Source: Amoebophrya sp. A120 (Eukaryota > Protista > Dinoflagellata). From it: a stretch of DNA of 64,000 bases. The first letter of the stretch is position 1. Each line of letters opens with the position of its first letter. The DNA lies in contig CAJINV010000021.1 in assembly GCA_905178155.1 (NCBI GenBank), positions 417,050 to 481,049 of the forward strand, in the 5' to 3' direction. The position numbers were made by a program, and so were the translations under genes. Below, piece after piece: positions 11,801 to 24,800 of this stretch. The notes below the pieces were generated by a model. That model searched no databases. It was not told where the DNA came from and worked only from the letters and a program-made list of their open reading frames with translations.

Positions 11801-14800
11801 CCACTGGCACTTGCCAAAGTGGAGTAAACGGTACGAGGGGATGAAAACTGGTGCTACTGGGGGTGGAGAACGAAGCGGCGCCAGCACCTTTTCGGCAAGC
11901 GACTACCAGCTGCCCTACACGCGGGAGGCGGAGCTGGCTTTCGCGGAAACGGGCAAAAAAGACGGCATCCCGATCAAACAGTGTTGCTCTTTCATCGTCC
12001 AGGCCATGACCAGTCCGAACTTCCTCAGTAACGACTTGGAGCTGACCGAAAAGTTTGTCGTTCAGAACTGTGTGGTGTTTGCCAAAAACATGCATGAGCA
12101 TCTGTTCGGCAAAGAACCCACTGCGGCTGAGCAGGCAGCTATTGATGCGGCAACAACTCCCGTGGGGCCGGAGGCTTTGCCGCCTGCAGGTGTAAGAAAT
12201 AACGTCGGCGCCCCGGAGGTTCCGAACGCTGACTGTGAGGTGGGACCCTGGGCGGCGGTCGGGGCGTGCTCCAAGACTTGTGGGATCTACGACAATACCC
12301 AAGTGCGGATCCGGCAAGTGACCTACCCCCAAAGCGGCAACGGGAAAAAGTGTCCCGCGCTGCAAGAGACCGTGCCCTGCACGCTCGAGGCGTACACCGG
12401 GGAGTGCAGCGTAGATTGCGAGGCGACCGACTGGTCGCCTCCTGAGTACGGCTCCTGCAGCGTGGGACCGATAAAGGGTCCCGGGGGTGCGGTTCTGTTC
12501 GCGAAGCGGTGCCGGAAAACCCGCATATGCATTGCAAATGTATCGCACTAAAGTGTAAAGTGTATTACAAAGTGCCTTACTTCGTATGAATAAAATATGT
12601 TTTTTTAGCTTAGGATGGCGATTTGTAATGCGTTGTATCTGCAATTGCTGCGAGCGCGATACTTTTGCAATGCATACCGCACGCGGGAGATCAAAACCCC
12701 ACCGACGGGGCCCGACGCAGCCCCCTGCCCAGGGAACAACGAAGAACTGGAGCAAGCAAAACTCTGCACCATCAACGACGATACCTGGAAAGAGTGCTGC
12801 GAGGATATGGCTTGCTCAGATGTTACAATCTCAAACGTTACAATAGAATCTGGAATTTGTCTTGCATGAACAGCATGAGTACCATACAGAGACTTGGGCT
12901 TTTTGCAATACAAATTTCGTCAGAATCTCATGGGGTTTGGGGCTCCGAAACTTGTCATGCGCGCCCCTTTGGGAGTAGGCCAGATGTTGCGGATTTTGCA
13001 ACACAAGTTCCAAACTCTATTGCAACGTTTGAGATTGTAACACCTGAGCGGGTTATGGAGGACAACGCCGGTGCGGAGTGGACCGAGTGGACGGCATGCA
13101 CCAAGACGTTATCAAATGTAAAAATGTCTGGGTCTGGACGGTTAGAACTTGTCATGCTAAATCTGAATGATGCAAAAATCTGTGTTGCGTGAGTGCCAAA
13201 AGCTGTCCGCTTTTGACCAAGTTGAGAGGGAGTATCTCATGCAGGAAAGGCATGACAGAGACCTCACAAAATCTGTCATGCTGGGTCTCACATTCCAGAC
13301 CTCATGGGTCATGGAAAACCTGCATCACAAATCTTGCATTCTTCCAGACCCAGACATTTTTACATTTGATAGACGTGCGGTGGCGAGGACGAAATGAAAT
13401 CGCGCACGAAGACCGAATACAAATACCTGATCCAGGACCCGGTGCAGTGCGTCAGCGAGGTGACACGGGACACAGCCCGTTGTCACGAGGGGCCGCAGCC
13501 GGACTGCCCACGGGACTGCAAACTGAGCCACTGGACCGAGTGGGGGGAGTGTTCCAGCACCTGCGGAAAAGGCCAACACACGCGGACAAGAACAGTTGTG
13601 CAGCAACCCATCGGGGACGGTGAGCAGTGCCCCGATAGTGCCACTGAAAAAAGCGCCTACGAAGAAACAGGGGAGTGCGAAAACACGATTGAATGCGTCC
13701 CGAAAGTGGACTGTGCACTCGAGGAAAAGTATGTCGCTCCTGTTGCCCAGGAAAATAATAACGGGAACGACAACACCGAAGAAGGCGGGTGGTCCCCCTG
13801 CAGTAAAACCTGCGGGGGCGGCGCGAAGTTCCGCATCAAGTTCGTAGACCAGCTGCCGCAGGGATCGGGGAAGAGCTGCCAGAAATTGTTTGGCAAGGGC
13901 GAAGGCATCACTGATGCCGCCGTGGTGGCCAAAGAAGACATCACTATCAGTTGGGGGTACATCGACGCCGGGGCCAACGAAATAAAGGGAGCACACTACA
14001 CCGATGGAACGCCAGTTGAAATAATAAATGCGGAGCAGGAGCAGAGCCAGAGCAGCGGCAGTGTTAGTACAAGCAAGCTCAAAATGTACATGAAGGAGAC
14101 AGCCGATTGCAATCGGGAGGTGAAATGCCCGGATCCTGTAGATTGCGTGATGAAAAACTGGGAAGCTTGGACGGAATGCTCCAAGAGCTGCGACGGCGGT
14201 ACGCGGACGCGCGCACGGTACGTAAAAACTCCGCCGAAGGAGGGTCGCCCGAAATGCCAAGACGTGGACCTGTACAAAATCGAGAATCTCCAGAAGGGCT
14301 ACGCCAACGGGACGGCGCCGCACTTTGAATGGCTCTCGACGGGCGGGGGCGGGCAAGAACAACACGACGGAAAGCTGCACCAGAAGGAAACCGCGCGCTG
14401 CAACGAGATACACTGCCCCTGCGCGATGGAAGAGTGGGCCGCGGATTGGACGACGTGCAGCGTCACGTGCGGCCCCCACGGGAAACAGACGAGGGAGAGA
14501 AAGGTGAGTACCCTGGGGGGCTACGCGGACCTGACCGGCTGCAAAAGTCTTTTCGGAGACGAGAGCAAAGCGGGTGTGCAACACGATAATGGGGTGTACA
14601 TCATACGCGACGCAGACGGGATTACTCGGCAGTGGGAGGAAAAATCGCCGCTGGAAAATTCGATACAGAAGGAAACGCGCAAGTGCAACAACTTTCCGTG
14701 CGACGACCAGCCAACAGGGGACGCTGCAACTACGGTAGCCCCGCCCGAGGACGGTCCACCGGCTTGCGTCCTAGACGAGCACTGGTGGAAAGCGGACTCC

Positions 14801-15442
14801 TGCGGCTGTCAATGGAGGGGCGTGAGTAGTCCCGCTACGGGCACGTGTTTCAATGATATCCCACGAAGAAAGTGTTGCAGTTACACACTTGATGTTGCAA
14901 TTGCAGCAACACAAATTTTCTCCGCATGGCAGAGAAAACTTGTAATGCAGAGTTCATAAGAGAAAACACGTATGAAACAAGGCTTGAAAGCATTTCGTGC
15001 ATCACAGAGGTTGTCTGTCTTGCGTGTTCTGCAGCACAATGCGTAACACTTTTTTCGTTGCATAAATGGCGAAGACGGCGCAGTGTACGCGGTCTATAGC
15101 AACGCTGCCGCGAATTGTCCGGCCTGCAAAGGCCGACCTGCGTCTGTCAGCACGCCCTACATTTTGTCCGACAAATCCTGCGAAGACGACAAATGCAGGG
15201 TGGGTTCCGCCCGTGCCCCTGCGTTCGCGAGCGGGTGGGTTCCGCCCTTGCCTCCGAAGTCGGGGGAGACGGTGCCCGGTTACCGAACCCTGGTGAACAC
15301 CGATATTAGAGACCTGTTTGCGTCGCAAGAGGCGTATTGGAACTACGTGAACGACATCGCAGCGCAGCAAGCGGTGCTGGAGGCTTCCCAAAAGAAGCAG
15401 CAGTCCAACTTCTTCGGGTTGCCCACATTTGGTCTTAGGTGA
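8883..15442 (+). CDS. Large secreted/surface thrombospondin type-1 (TSP1) repeat protein, 8 TIR introns
   Basis: Hydrophobic N-terminal segment; repeated WxxWxxCSxTCG...RxR motifs. One continuous frame results from removing 8 elements, e.g. WTEWTACTKT|CGG and CRKTR|TREIK. Confidence 0.88.
10042..10370. mobile_element. TIR intron, family A
   Basis: TATTGCGAGGAAGAATCCGCCCTCCCCATA/TATGGGGAGGGGGAATTTTTGCTTTCGATA; duplication CCGCA. Confidence 0.92.
10405..10688. mobile_element. TIR intron, family C
   Basis: TATCCCGTGTAAAAACGTCC/GGACGTTTTTACTCAGGATA; duplication CGGAC/CGGGC; homologous to 57256-57544. Confidence 0.92.
10814..11051. mobile_element. TIR intron, family D
   Basis: TATGGTGTTGTCAAACGTTAC/GTAACGCTTGAACACGCCATA; duplication TCGTG. 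Confidence 0.92.
11082..11302. mobile_element. TIR intron, family B
   Basis: TATGCAAGAAAAAAACTGTG/CACAGTTTTTTTCTTCGATA; duplication CCGAA. Confidence 0.92.
12526..12676. mobile_element. TIR intron, family E-like
   Basis: TATGCATTGCAAATGTATCGC/GCGATACTTTTGCAATGCATA; duplication CCGCA. Confidence 0.92.
12806..13057. mobile_element. TIR intron
   Basis: TATGGCTTGCTCAGATGTTACAATCTCAAACGTT/AACGTTTGAGATTGTAACACCTGAGCGGGTTATG; duplication GAGGA. Confidence 0.9.
13110..13371. mobile_element. TIR intron, family F
   Basis: Perfect TIR TATCAAATGTAAAAATGTCTGGGTCTGGA; duplication GACGT; reverse-complement homolog at 28358-28618. Confidence 0.94.
14857..15064. mobile_element. TIR intron
   Basis: TATCCCACGAAGAAAGTGTT/AACACTTTTTTCGTTGCATA; duplication AATGA/AATGG; removal joins to ORF 15083-15442. 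Confidence 0.87.
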
Positions 15443-16005
15443 AGCTGAAGCCGTCGTCGAAGACTTCAAGAAAGCTTCGCGACGAAGTCGAAGTTAGACC
15501 AGAAGTGCTGCAACTGTTCTTGTTTACTCAACTACAAGAACTCTAGTACACCTACACTACCGACAGCACTCGCGCGCCCGCGGAGACGTACTTAGAGGGC
15601 CGCTCCAGTGAGTGGTGTTGCGGGCACAGATTCGCCCTGAAACTTCTACACATTAGATACAATGACGCGAATTGAATACGAATGATCTCCATTTTGGTAT
15701 CATATGAGCTTTCTGAGCAATTATGCGAGCATCGCCCGAGCATGCCCGCTTGTTCCCTGGTCCTGAAAAATCGAGCAGGATCTGACGAAAGGTTTCAGTT
15801 TCCCATCATGATCATGAAAACGAGTTGGAGTGCGCAGACGGACCACGAGTAGAACGAATGAAGATAGAAAGAGCACCGGCGCGTCATAGCTTTCATAATG
15901 AACAGCATTCGACTCAGAAACATGACCTCATACTTGAAGATGGCACCATCGAGCTAGAACTTGAGCTACAGTGTGATCAAATACAACTACCAAAATCAAT
16001 TCAAT

Positions 16006-16995
16006 ATGTCGTCCTCCGCTGGAGATGCTCCTGCACCTTCTGACCCTGCTCCGGCCGCCAGCACCTCTCCCTACGTTCCCCCAGAACAGTGGGAGCCGCG
16101 CGAACTGCCGGACGCATGGGGACGGGAGACACTGCAGGCCATGGCCATGAAGCCCTGGACGCAGGAAGCCTTGCCTAAAGGCCAGCACGGACTGCAACTG
16201 TACTCCCTCGGGACGCCCAACGGCATCAAAGTTACCATTTTTCTGGAAGAGCTGGTCGAGATTTTGGACGACTTTGAATACGACGCTTGGTGGATCGACA
16301 TCATGAAGGGGCAGCAGTACTCCCGGGGCTTCCTGGAGGTGAACCCCAACGCGCACATCCCGTGTTTACTGGACACCAAGCCGGGTGGAGATACAACTGG
16401 AAGCGAAGAAGGTGCCAGCAATATGATCGACGACATTCGCATCTTCGAGTCCAACGCGATCCTGCTCTACCTGGCCGACAAGTTTGAAAAATTCGTACCA
16501 AGCAAAAATGAACCGTCACAACTGCATGACCGAACGGAGTGCCTCAATTGGCTGTTCTGGCAGAGCGGGGCATTTGGCCCCGCGTGCGGAAACTTCAACT
16601 CGGCGTTCGTCTACAGCAAGCCGGGGGAAAAAAACCGCGACGAGATCGACCGCACGACATTGGAGGTGAAACGTTTGCTGTCGGTCTTGGAAAATCAACT
16701 CAACCGCGACAGGTCCTCCGATGAACCACAACTACCGTGTTCTTGGCTCGCGTCCGCGGCTGAGACCGGCCCGAGCATTGCGGATTTTTGCGTCTTTCCC
16801 TGGCTCCGGACTCTGAGGCGGCGCGACATGGTGAAAAAGTGGCTTCGGCTGGAGGAAGATTACCCGGCCTTAATCCGCTGGTTCGACCTTCTTCTCGCCC
16901 GGCCGGCGGTGCAGCGGGGCATTCGGGTCAACAACGTCATGGAGCCGAATGGGGTGAAGAATCGACACGCACGGACGGATTTTGATGCTCTGTGA
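16006..16995 (+). CDS. Glutathione S-transferase, YghU/YfcG (Ure2p-like) group; intronless
   Basis: LQLYSLGTPNGIKVTIFLEEL, FLEVNPN, IFESNAILLYLADK, WLFWQ, SIADF...W, RPAVQRG motifs. Confidence 0.9.
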   Translation: MSSSAGDAPAPSDPAPAASTSPYVPPEQWEPRELPDAWGRETLQAMAMKPWTQEALPKGQHGLQLYSLGTPNGIKVTIFLEELVEILDDFEYDAWWIDIMKGQQYSRGFLEVNPNAHIPCLLDTKPGGDTTGSEEGASNMIDDIRIFESNAILLYLADKFEKFVPSKNEPSQLHDRTECLNWLFWQSGAFGPACGNFNSAFVYSKPGEKNRDEIDRTTLEVKRLLSVLENQLNRDRSSDEPQLPCSWLASAAETGPSIADFCVFPWLRTLRRRDMVKKWLRLEEDYPALIRWFDLLLARPAVQRGIRVNNVMEPNGVKNRHARTDFDAL

Positions 16996-17775
16996 GAAGC
17001 GTTAGGACTGCACAACAAGGTTGTAGTTACATGTTCATTTTTTTCCGGGAAGAAACATGAAGGCAACTTTAGATGACTTGTGCCTGATCTGGCCCGGCGG
17101 CAGAAGACGAAATCGCAGAAGTAGGACGCGAGAGTGTAGTGCGCTTGAAAATAGTCTCCGCGTGACGTCGTCACACTTCCTGGTCAATAGGCTACGAATA
17201 GCGGCAACAGATGGTGTCTTTGACGGATGAAAGAAAGTTCGCAAACACTTGAGGTAGATTGTTCGTCTTAGTTGGAGGTGTGTACAGTTGCAGAGAGACC
17301 GTTCGTATGGGTAATAGTCCGTCACTTCTGCGCATTATACTTCACCTTAGTAGATCGCTTTGTGTGGCTCGCCTTGTGCTTCGTCGTCCTCGTCGCGGTC
17401 GAAAGTTCAGTAGAAAAGAAACTTGGACTTTTCTTTTCCTTGCAGAAATTAGTTTCTCTCCGCGGCTCGCAGCCCTCTTTTCGTGTTCGATGTCGGATCG
17501 ATCTATCAAGGAGCAAACGCAAGCTTCCAGTGTGAATAAGCGCGAAGTTTTGTCGCTGAAAAGGTTCGATTTGTTTGAAGAAAAATTAGGCTCGTAAGAA
17601 CGAATGCAGGTAAAGCCTGTCAGATAGTAGAAACAAGTCTGTACTTGCCTTTTTTTCGTTCGAATTCTGTTCAACGAACTACGTATGAACTACGCTCGTC
17701 GTGTAAGATATTAAACACAAACAAGCTAAGCGTTCCTTCCTTTTTGTGCTTCACGCTTCCACCAGAGGCATCAAG

Positions 17776-20700
17776 ATGGGCAACGTTTACGGCTCCACGA
17801 CAGGTTATGCTAGTTCCTATTTTGGGCAGCACCTCCCGGGCGGCCAGCGCGTGTCCAACAACTCCCGAACGGAGGGTTCCCTAGCGCAGGGTTCCTTCCT
17901 GCCCGACTGGCATTCGTTGTTCGCGCTCATTTTCCCGGGCAAAACGGACGTGGGCGTGTTCGGGGCGACGCACGTCAACCGCTACGCGTTGAGCCAGCGC
18001 CCGGTGAAAATCTGCGGGAACGAAGCGGTGCTGCACGCGGGGCGGCATGCGGCCGACGTGCTGGAGCTGATGCCGCGGGAGAGGAAGGAGCTGCTGGAGC
18101 AGGAGGTTTTGATACAGCAGTGGAAGCGAGAGGAACGAGAGCGAAGTCGGGCCGCTGCGAGCACCAGTGCTGCTGAAAAAGCGGTTGTCCACCCAGGGAC
18201 GAATGTTACCGAAGTCAACCTCAACACCGGATCAAGCAACAAGGAAGGTGATACTCAATCCCAGCAGCCGTTTGTCCTTGACCTCGTTCCGCGGGCGGAA
18301 GACGGGGCAAACAGTCCCGGAGGCGAATCGCGCAGTGCAGCAACGTCCACCTCGGCTGGGGGTGCTAGCAGTTCGTCGAGTAGTTCCTCCTCGGCCTCTG
18401 CGTCTGCGACAGGCACAGGGGAAATAAGAAATGCGAACCGTGAGAGCAGGACCCTCGCGGAGAGAAATGGAGGCTCCGCTTCTTCGCTTCCCGAGGCCCG
18501 GGAACAAGAAGATGATGAGCAGGGCCAGCAAGGTGGTCACCCTCCAGCACCGCCGTCCCCCTCCCCGACATCCAGGCCCCGCGGCGCGTGTTTAGTGGTA
18601 GGTAGCCGGCGGAGAAAGGCCAGCACGACGAGCAACGCAAGTAGCGGCTCGGCCAGTACTGCGAGTAATGGCGCAGCGGGGGCCACAACGTCTTCTACTT
18701 CTGGTTCTTACCCGCCCGAAGACGGTGCTCCGGGGAGCAAAAGCTCCTCGTCCTTAGTAGAGCCGTCTACTGCGAAGTCATCTTCTAGCTCATCTACAAC
18801 ATCAGAAGTCGCACCAAAGACAACGATATCATCAAACCGCATCGTGCCGCTGGGGTTCGCCTGTCTGAAGGGACGCAAGCCAGACCCCAACCAGGACAAC
18901 TTTTTTGGCGTCACGTACGACGAAGGGCGGCAGTTTCTGCTCGGGGTCTTCGACGGCCACGGGCCGCAGGGGCAGGTGTTCAGCGAAATCGGCACGTTGT
19001 GGGCACCTTTGGTGTTGCAGCGGGAGCAACACCATCAGGAGGCGTTGAGAAAAGCGACCTGTGGCGAAGGTTATTCTGGGACAGAAAGTGCATTTTTTGA
19101 TGGTGGAGCCGCGTCTACTACAGATTCTAGTAGTGTCGCAGAACAAATAAATCAGGAATCTGCACCGTTGTCCCGTACTTCTTCTTCCTCCTCCGCTTCC
19201 AGCAGGTCCGAAGACCACTACTCGGAGATCATGCGGTCCGCGTTTCATAAACTGACCCGCGTGGCCACGCAACGACTGGAGGATAGCAAGGGAGAAAGTA
19301 ACGCGCTCTGCATGAGCGGAACGACCTGCGTCATCGTGCATGGACAGATTCACCTTGGAAGTAGCACATGCAGAAGCACGACGTCGGGAATACTAAATCG
19401 ACCGCTCGAGCAGGAAAATGCGGGTTTAGATCGTGGTATTGCGGGTGAACAAAACACGCGCGCCAGCACTTCCTCTTCGTCGTCAGGTACGACGCACGTT
19501 CAAGACACAGCTGACGGTGTTAAAAATACAGTTGGTGAGCCCGCCGCCTTGCCAGCGACCACTTCCGTCGTGGTTTCATCGTCTATTTGTGATCATGCTC
19601 CTGCTCTCGTCGATGAACAGGTGGAAATGGACGTTGACCGCCCAGGCACTACAGCAGTCACGTTGCCCGGTTATACGGTCTCACAAGATTCACATTCAGC
19701 GACGAGGGATTTTTCTGGCGACAGTGGCGCCGAGGCGTGCGATCGGGAACGGAGTAGCAGCCATGCGTCCTCGTCGTGTTCCCCGTCCGCTGCATCAGCG
19801 GGGAAAAAAGTAGTCGAGCTTGATGTTGACCAAGAGAAGCAAGTTCGCTCCCAGCTGCCGCATGGGTCTTCTACCTCTACGTCGTCTTCCTCTTCCACAG
19901 AAGGTGGTGCTTTTTCAAACGGTGCTGGAGCTGATTCCTCGCTGGAACTTGCGTTGAACTGTGGATGGCTCGGTATTCACGTGTTATTTGATGGCCGTGA
20001 TGAACTTCAACTTTTTCTTTTGAGCGTTCTTTTATTTAGCCTCGTCATAATTTTGCCATTTTTTGTTCTGGCTATTCTCCTGACAGGCGACTCCCGTGCG
20101 CTGGTGATTGAAGGCAGGCAAACGCCCCCTACCCGGTCGATTGTGTTGGAGAAAGTTACCGCACTGACACGCGATCACAAGCCCGAAGACGAGGAGGCGG
20201 ATCGTCTACAGTCGCAATGGGCGGCGGGCACAACAAAAAACACCGGGTTTATCAAAAAGCAGCGCGTTTGGTTCACCTGCGACAGCACCCAGCCAGGATT
20301 TATTTCGGGCCTGAACATGAGTCGGAGTCTGGGTAAGTACAACATCTAAGAAAGGCGAATACCATTCATAGATACGTAGTTTTTTGTTGTTCACTTCAGC
20401 TGCAGGTCGTGCTCGTGTAATGAGTGCATGAGTTGGTCTTTTTTTACGGGTCTACTTCATCCGATCTCTCTTCTCAGGTGATCGCTATGCCCATGATGTC
20501 GGGGTTTCCAGCGAGCCAGAGGTAACGAGCGAAACAATTTCGCTTCTGGAGCCCCGGCCTGCTGCAAACAGTTCCAGTTCTGGTTCCAGTGCAGCAGCAA
20601 AGGAGCAACTGCGATCGGGCACCAGTTCTGCGTCGAGCGCGGACGCAGCAGGAGTACAATCAGAGTCATTGTCCTGCGGCGCGGGCGGCGGAGAGGATGA

Positions 20701-21037
20701 CGCGGGTCCAACGGGAGGTTATGGTGCTCCGATGTCTTCTTCTTTATCAGGTTCGTTTCGACGTGCTGCCCCTACGGGACAACTACATCAAGCAAGACCT
20801 CAAGAAGTTCTTGACAGTACTGCTTATTCATCCCCAAAGCACGTGTTCGTTCTGCTAGCGACCGATGGCGTATTCGAGGTGTTGACGAACGAGCAAGTGG
20901 CCGAGCTGCTGCTGACCAATTTGAACCTCGGCAAGTCGCTGCAGCAGACCGCGGAAAATATCGCACGGTCAGCAGCGGATCTCTGGAACCAGGGCACCTA
21001 CATCGACGATATCACAGTTTTGTTGTATCTGGTGTAG
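17776..21037 (+). CDS. PP2C/PPM protein phosphatase with low-complexity insertions (GT-AG introns 19973-20086 and 20333-20477)
   Basis: NQD, GVFDGHG, SGTT, spliced WLGDSRA, LTRDHKP, MSRSLGD, LATDGVFE and DDIT motifs; MGN start may be myristoylated. Confidence 0.9.
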
Positions 21038-21814
21038 AAGATGTAGTTGTAGTGGGACGAGAGATGGTGCACGTAGTCTCTGCTACTTGCAGCCGGCACC
21101 CCTGACATTCATCGTGCTGGTGTCCTTCTAGAAGTTAGTAGTTTGATCCACTCTTCCTTTAGCCGTACCCACAGGTAGGTGATGCTTCGTCTACTTCACT
21201 TCTGGATTTGGGCTGATGCTTCTGTAAAACTCTCCTCGACGAGCACGAAGAGTGACAGGTGCGACGGCGGTGGTGTCCTCGTGTACTTAAATAAACGTAG
21301 GTGTAACAAAAAAACAAAAAGAGGAACTCGAGCTACAACTAGCTGAGCTGAGGCTGCTTGGTACTACAAGAAAACCCGCTAGCTGAAGTCGTTGAAGTTG
21401 CATGTGATGTTGAAGCGACAGCGACTCAATGAAATCCAAACTTCTAACACAGCTGCATGGAAAAAATGAAATTAAAAAGTATCATCAAGAAAGAATACGA
21501 TCGAGTTTTCAAAAAACACATTTGAAAAACTGCAACTCCTGCAGCTTTCTTCTAAAATTGGCTGCAGCGGGACCAACGATAGTAGTACAGCAGGGCTCTT
21601 TGCATGGCAATGGAATGAGGTGATAATTGTGTTCCTTGTTCCAACTACCGGGTTATTCAACTGCGTTTTTGCTCTTTTACTTAACTTTTCAATCAGTTCT
21701 TTCGCACGACGAGCAGATCGCGTCTTCATCGATCCATCTGCACAGCCACAGTGCTTATTTCGACGAAAAGAGCAGACTCCGCTTGTTGTTCGAAATAAAC
21801 ATTTCTTTTTGAAG

Positions 21815-24800
21815 ATGACGTTCCGCCGGTGGGTCATCTTTCACTTCCTCTTTCGCACAAGCAAATCTTGTCTCCTGCAAGAAGTGTCGCTATCGCAGAA
21901 GCTGTTTCTGCTTACGGCGGGGGCTACCTATGAGGCGAATGCGTTGGATCCGGAGAAGAGTACTAGCCGGTCAGGATCGGGTCCGCCGGGCTCCTTGTCG
22001 GAACAAAGCAACATTTTATTTCCAGGGCAAGAAGATGGCCGCTTTCTTCACGATGATGTTGGAGATAACATCGAGAAAAATTCGAATTACGTCGACATTA
22101 GCCAGGACGCCGACTTTTTCTCTCCCCAGAGCGAAGAAGATGTCGAGCAGGCCGCAGACTTTCATGAACGATCATCCAGCGAGAACCCTCGGAAGATGGG
22201 GCGCGGTGAAGGTCGTACGCCGGCGGTAGCAAGGCCCTCATCTCCGGTAAGTGCGGAAGCTGCACCAGCCGAAGAGATCCCAAATGGTCAGGAAGCGACC
22301 TCTTCATCGTCGTTCGCTGCAGCGGGAACAACCGATGGTGCGGGTGACGACAATATTAAAGCCGTCAATTCACCATCATCTCCTGGAAAGGTGCAAGTTG
22401 AAATTGATGCAGAAGCGAACCTACGAACTGCAAAAGTATCGTAAGTTGTACTCGTAATGTAAATGCACCATTAAAAATGATTTCCTTAGCATGAGAAATG
22501 AAATTTGTATTTGTAAATGCGGATTTGACTTAACAAGAAAATTTTAAATGCACGATTGCAAATGCAATACGAGTACAGTACGATTTTGCACAGGATAGAA
22601 CCAGTACGTCTCGAAGCAAGAAGTGCGGCAGATGGTGCGCGACTTGATGCTTCTTGAGCAGCACGCTGCAGGTAGAAGTAGCACTGACGCCCGGCTGCAG
22701 CGTCTGGAGGAGGAGAATCGGAGGCTGCAGCAGGAAGTGGAGAGGCTTTCCTCGAAAGCGGACTCGTTCCAGGAGGAAACCTGGCGGTCGTTCCAGCGGC
22801 TTCGCTTTGTCGGGGCCCAGGTGTATCACATGCTTTTCTTCAGCCTGTTATGCATTTCAAAAGTATCGCATTCGCACGGCACTGCCGCTAGCAACATAAA
22901 TCGCATGTTCTTGACACATTTCCTCATGAAGCAGAGCCGAGCGCTGGATTCAGGTAGGAAAGCAAATTTTTGCATTGCTGCAATTTTTAGTTTTGACGAG
23001 AGCGATACTTTTGCAGGGGATACCTGTGGATTCTCATCGGCACGTGTGAGAGTGCACAATCGTCCCTCCTCCTCATTTGTCATGCAAGATCCACAATCCA
23101 AATCCAAATGCCGCCTCGATGTCGATGTGGCAGTGTTTGCATGACAGATCCCGGAAGCCAAAGCAGTACTGCAGGACTAGCACTAGGCGCGTGAATTTGT
23201 CATGCGCTTCAGGAGGCTGCAGCTGCACATGTGCATGTGCTGCTGCTGGTGTTTGTACTGCTATGGATGCCATACAAATCAGGGGGAGCAGAAGTTGTGC
23301 ACTCCCATAGCACGGCACGGAGCAACCAGGACATTACCTTCGCGCTGATCGTTCTGGGGTTCCTGTATGGAGTTCTCACACTTTGCGCTGTCAGCTGTTA
23401 CATGATTTGTCATGCAAAGGCGCCATCGCCGTCATGTCATCTTCAACCTCCACACGATGAAGCTGGCTCACGTGGCTGATTATTGAAGCGTGGCAAAAAT
23501 TCGTTTCAAATTGTAATCAATTTATTATAGAAGTACTCTCTGGCAAATTTTGCTAGTTGTACAGGTCTGGCATTCATGAACTCACTGAAGAGTGCGTGAG
23601 GAGCACGGATGTAGCTAATGAGTAATGACAATGTCTGAGAATGCCATACTGTGTGCTGCGTTGTTGGTACCGCCGCACCTTGGTACTTGGCAATATTTGC
23701 TGGCGCTGATCGTCGTCGACGCTACTTCTCGAAAAAGCGGTCTACAACTGAGGATGAGCTCGCTCGTACTACTAGTGGTCGCGCCATAGCTGCAGAAAAT
23801 GCGAGCTCGAGGGCCTCTCGTCTCCCCAGTAGTGGCGAGACAGTTACAACCAGGCGCGCAATGCAGTCGACGAGAATTCTTGCGTCGTCTAACCCTGGAG
23901 AGGACTTGCTGCCTGCTGTTGCCGAAGAAGTTCTTGCGAGTGGGGGCGAGATGGTGAAAGCGGCCGCAGCGGGACCGGAGACCACCGAATTTTCGCGACA
24001 CAACATAAAGAACGATACAAGCGAGGGTGCGGGCGATCCTGATGTTCCGCACGTTGGCGTTGGCCGCGTGGCGCAGGAAGCTGCCGGCGGCGCAGCGGAT
24101 GGCCGCGCAGCGGATGTTCATGTCGCGCCCTCCGAAGAGGAAGAGCCAGACGAGGACACCAAGAAGAACTACCAAGAGAAGATGAGTAAGGTTGAAGAGG
24201 ACGAAGAGGATGACGCGGACCCGGTTCCGTATGATTTTATCCTTCAGGGCACCTTGTCGTGCGTGTGTCAGGACGGCGAGTCCGCGGAGGGACGCTTCTT
24301 TACGGTCTGCGTTGTGTTGTACATGATGAGCTCTCTGCTAGCAGCGCCTCCCTTCGAGGCCTACACATCTTGATGCAAGTTTCGAGACGTGACTGAGCTG
24401 CTGCAGGGCAACCCCGGGCTCCCGCGGCTGCAGAACTGGATTGAGGTAACCGCTCGGGCGTTGTGGCACGTGGTCCCATATGGCGTTCTCAAACGTTACA
24501 TTCTCAACTGTTACATGATTTGTCATGCAAAACTCCAATCAGATTCGACGCGATCAAGCTGTTGCGCATGACAAATTCTGGAAGGCCCAAACAGGCTGAG
24601 AATCTGTGCCAAATCTGTCATGCAAAAGGCGCTATCTTTCCCCTTTCAGTTTTGCCATTCTTGCACCACAAACTCATGTAACAGTTGAGAATGTAACAGT
24701 TGAGAACGCCATATCCCAAACTTCTGCTTTGTGCTCGTGGCGGTCCTCCCCGCGGCCTCCGATCCCCGCGTGCGGGCGAAGATCCGACGTGCGCGACTTT

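Noticed and set aside
11583-14584. Long minus-strand ORFs (390 and 419 aa), and similar ones elsewhere
   Set aside because: Antisense shadows of GC-rich + strand exons, with no domain motifs.
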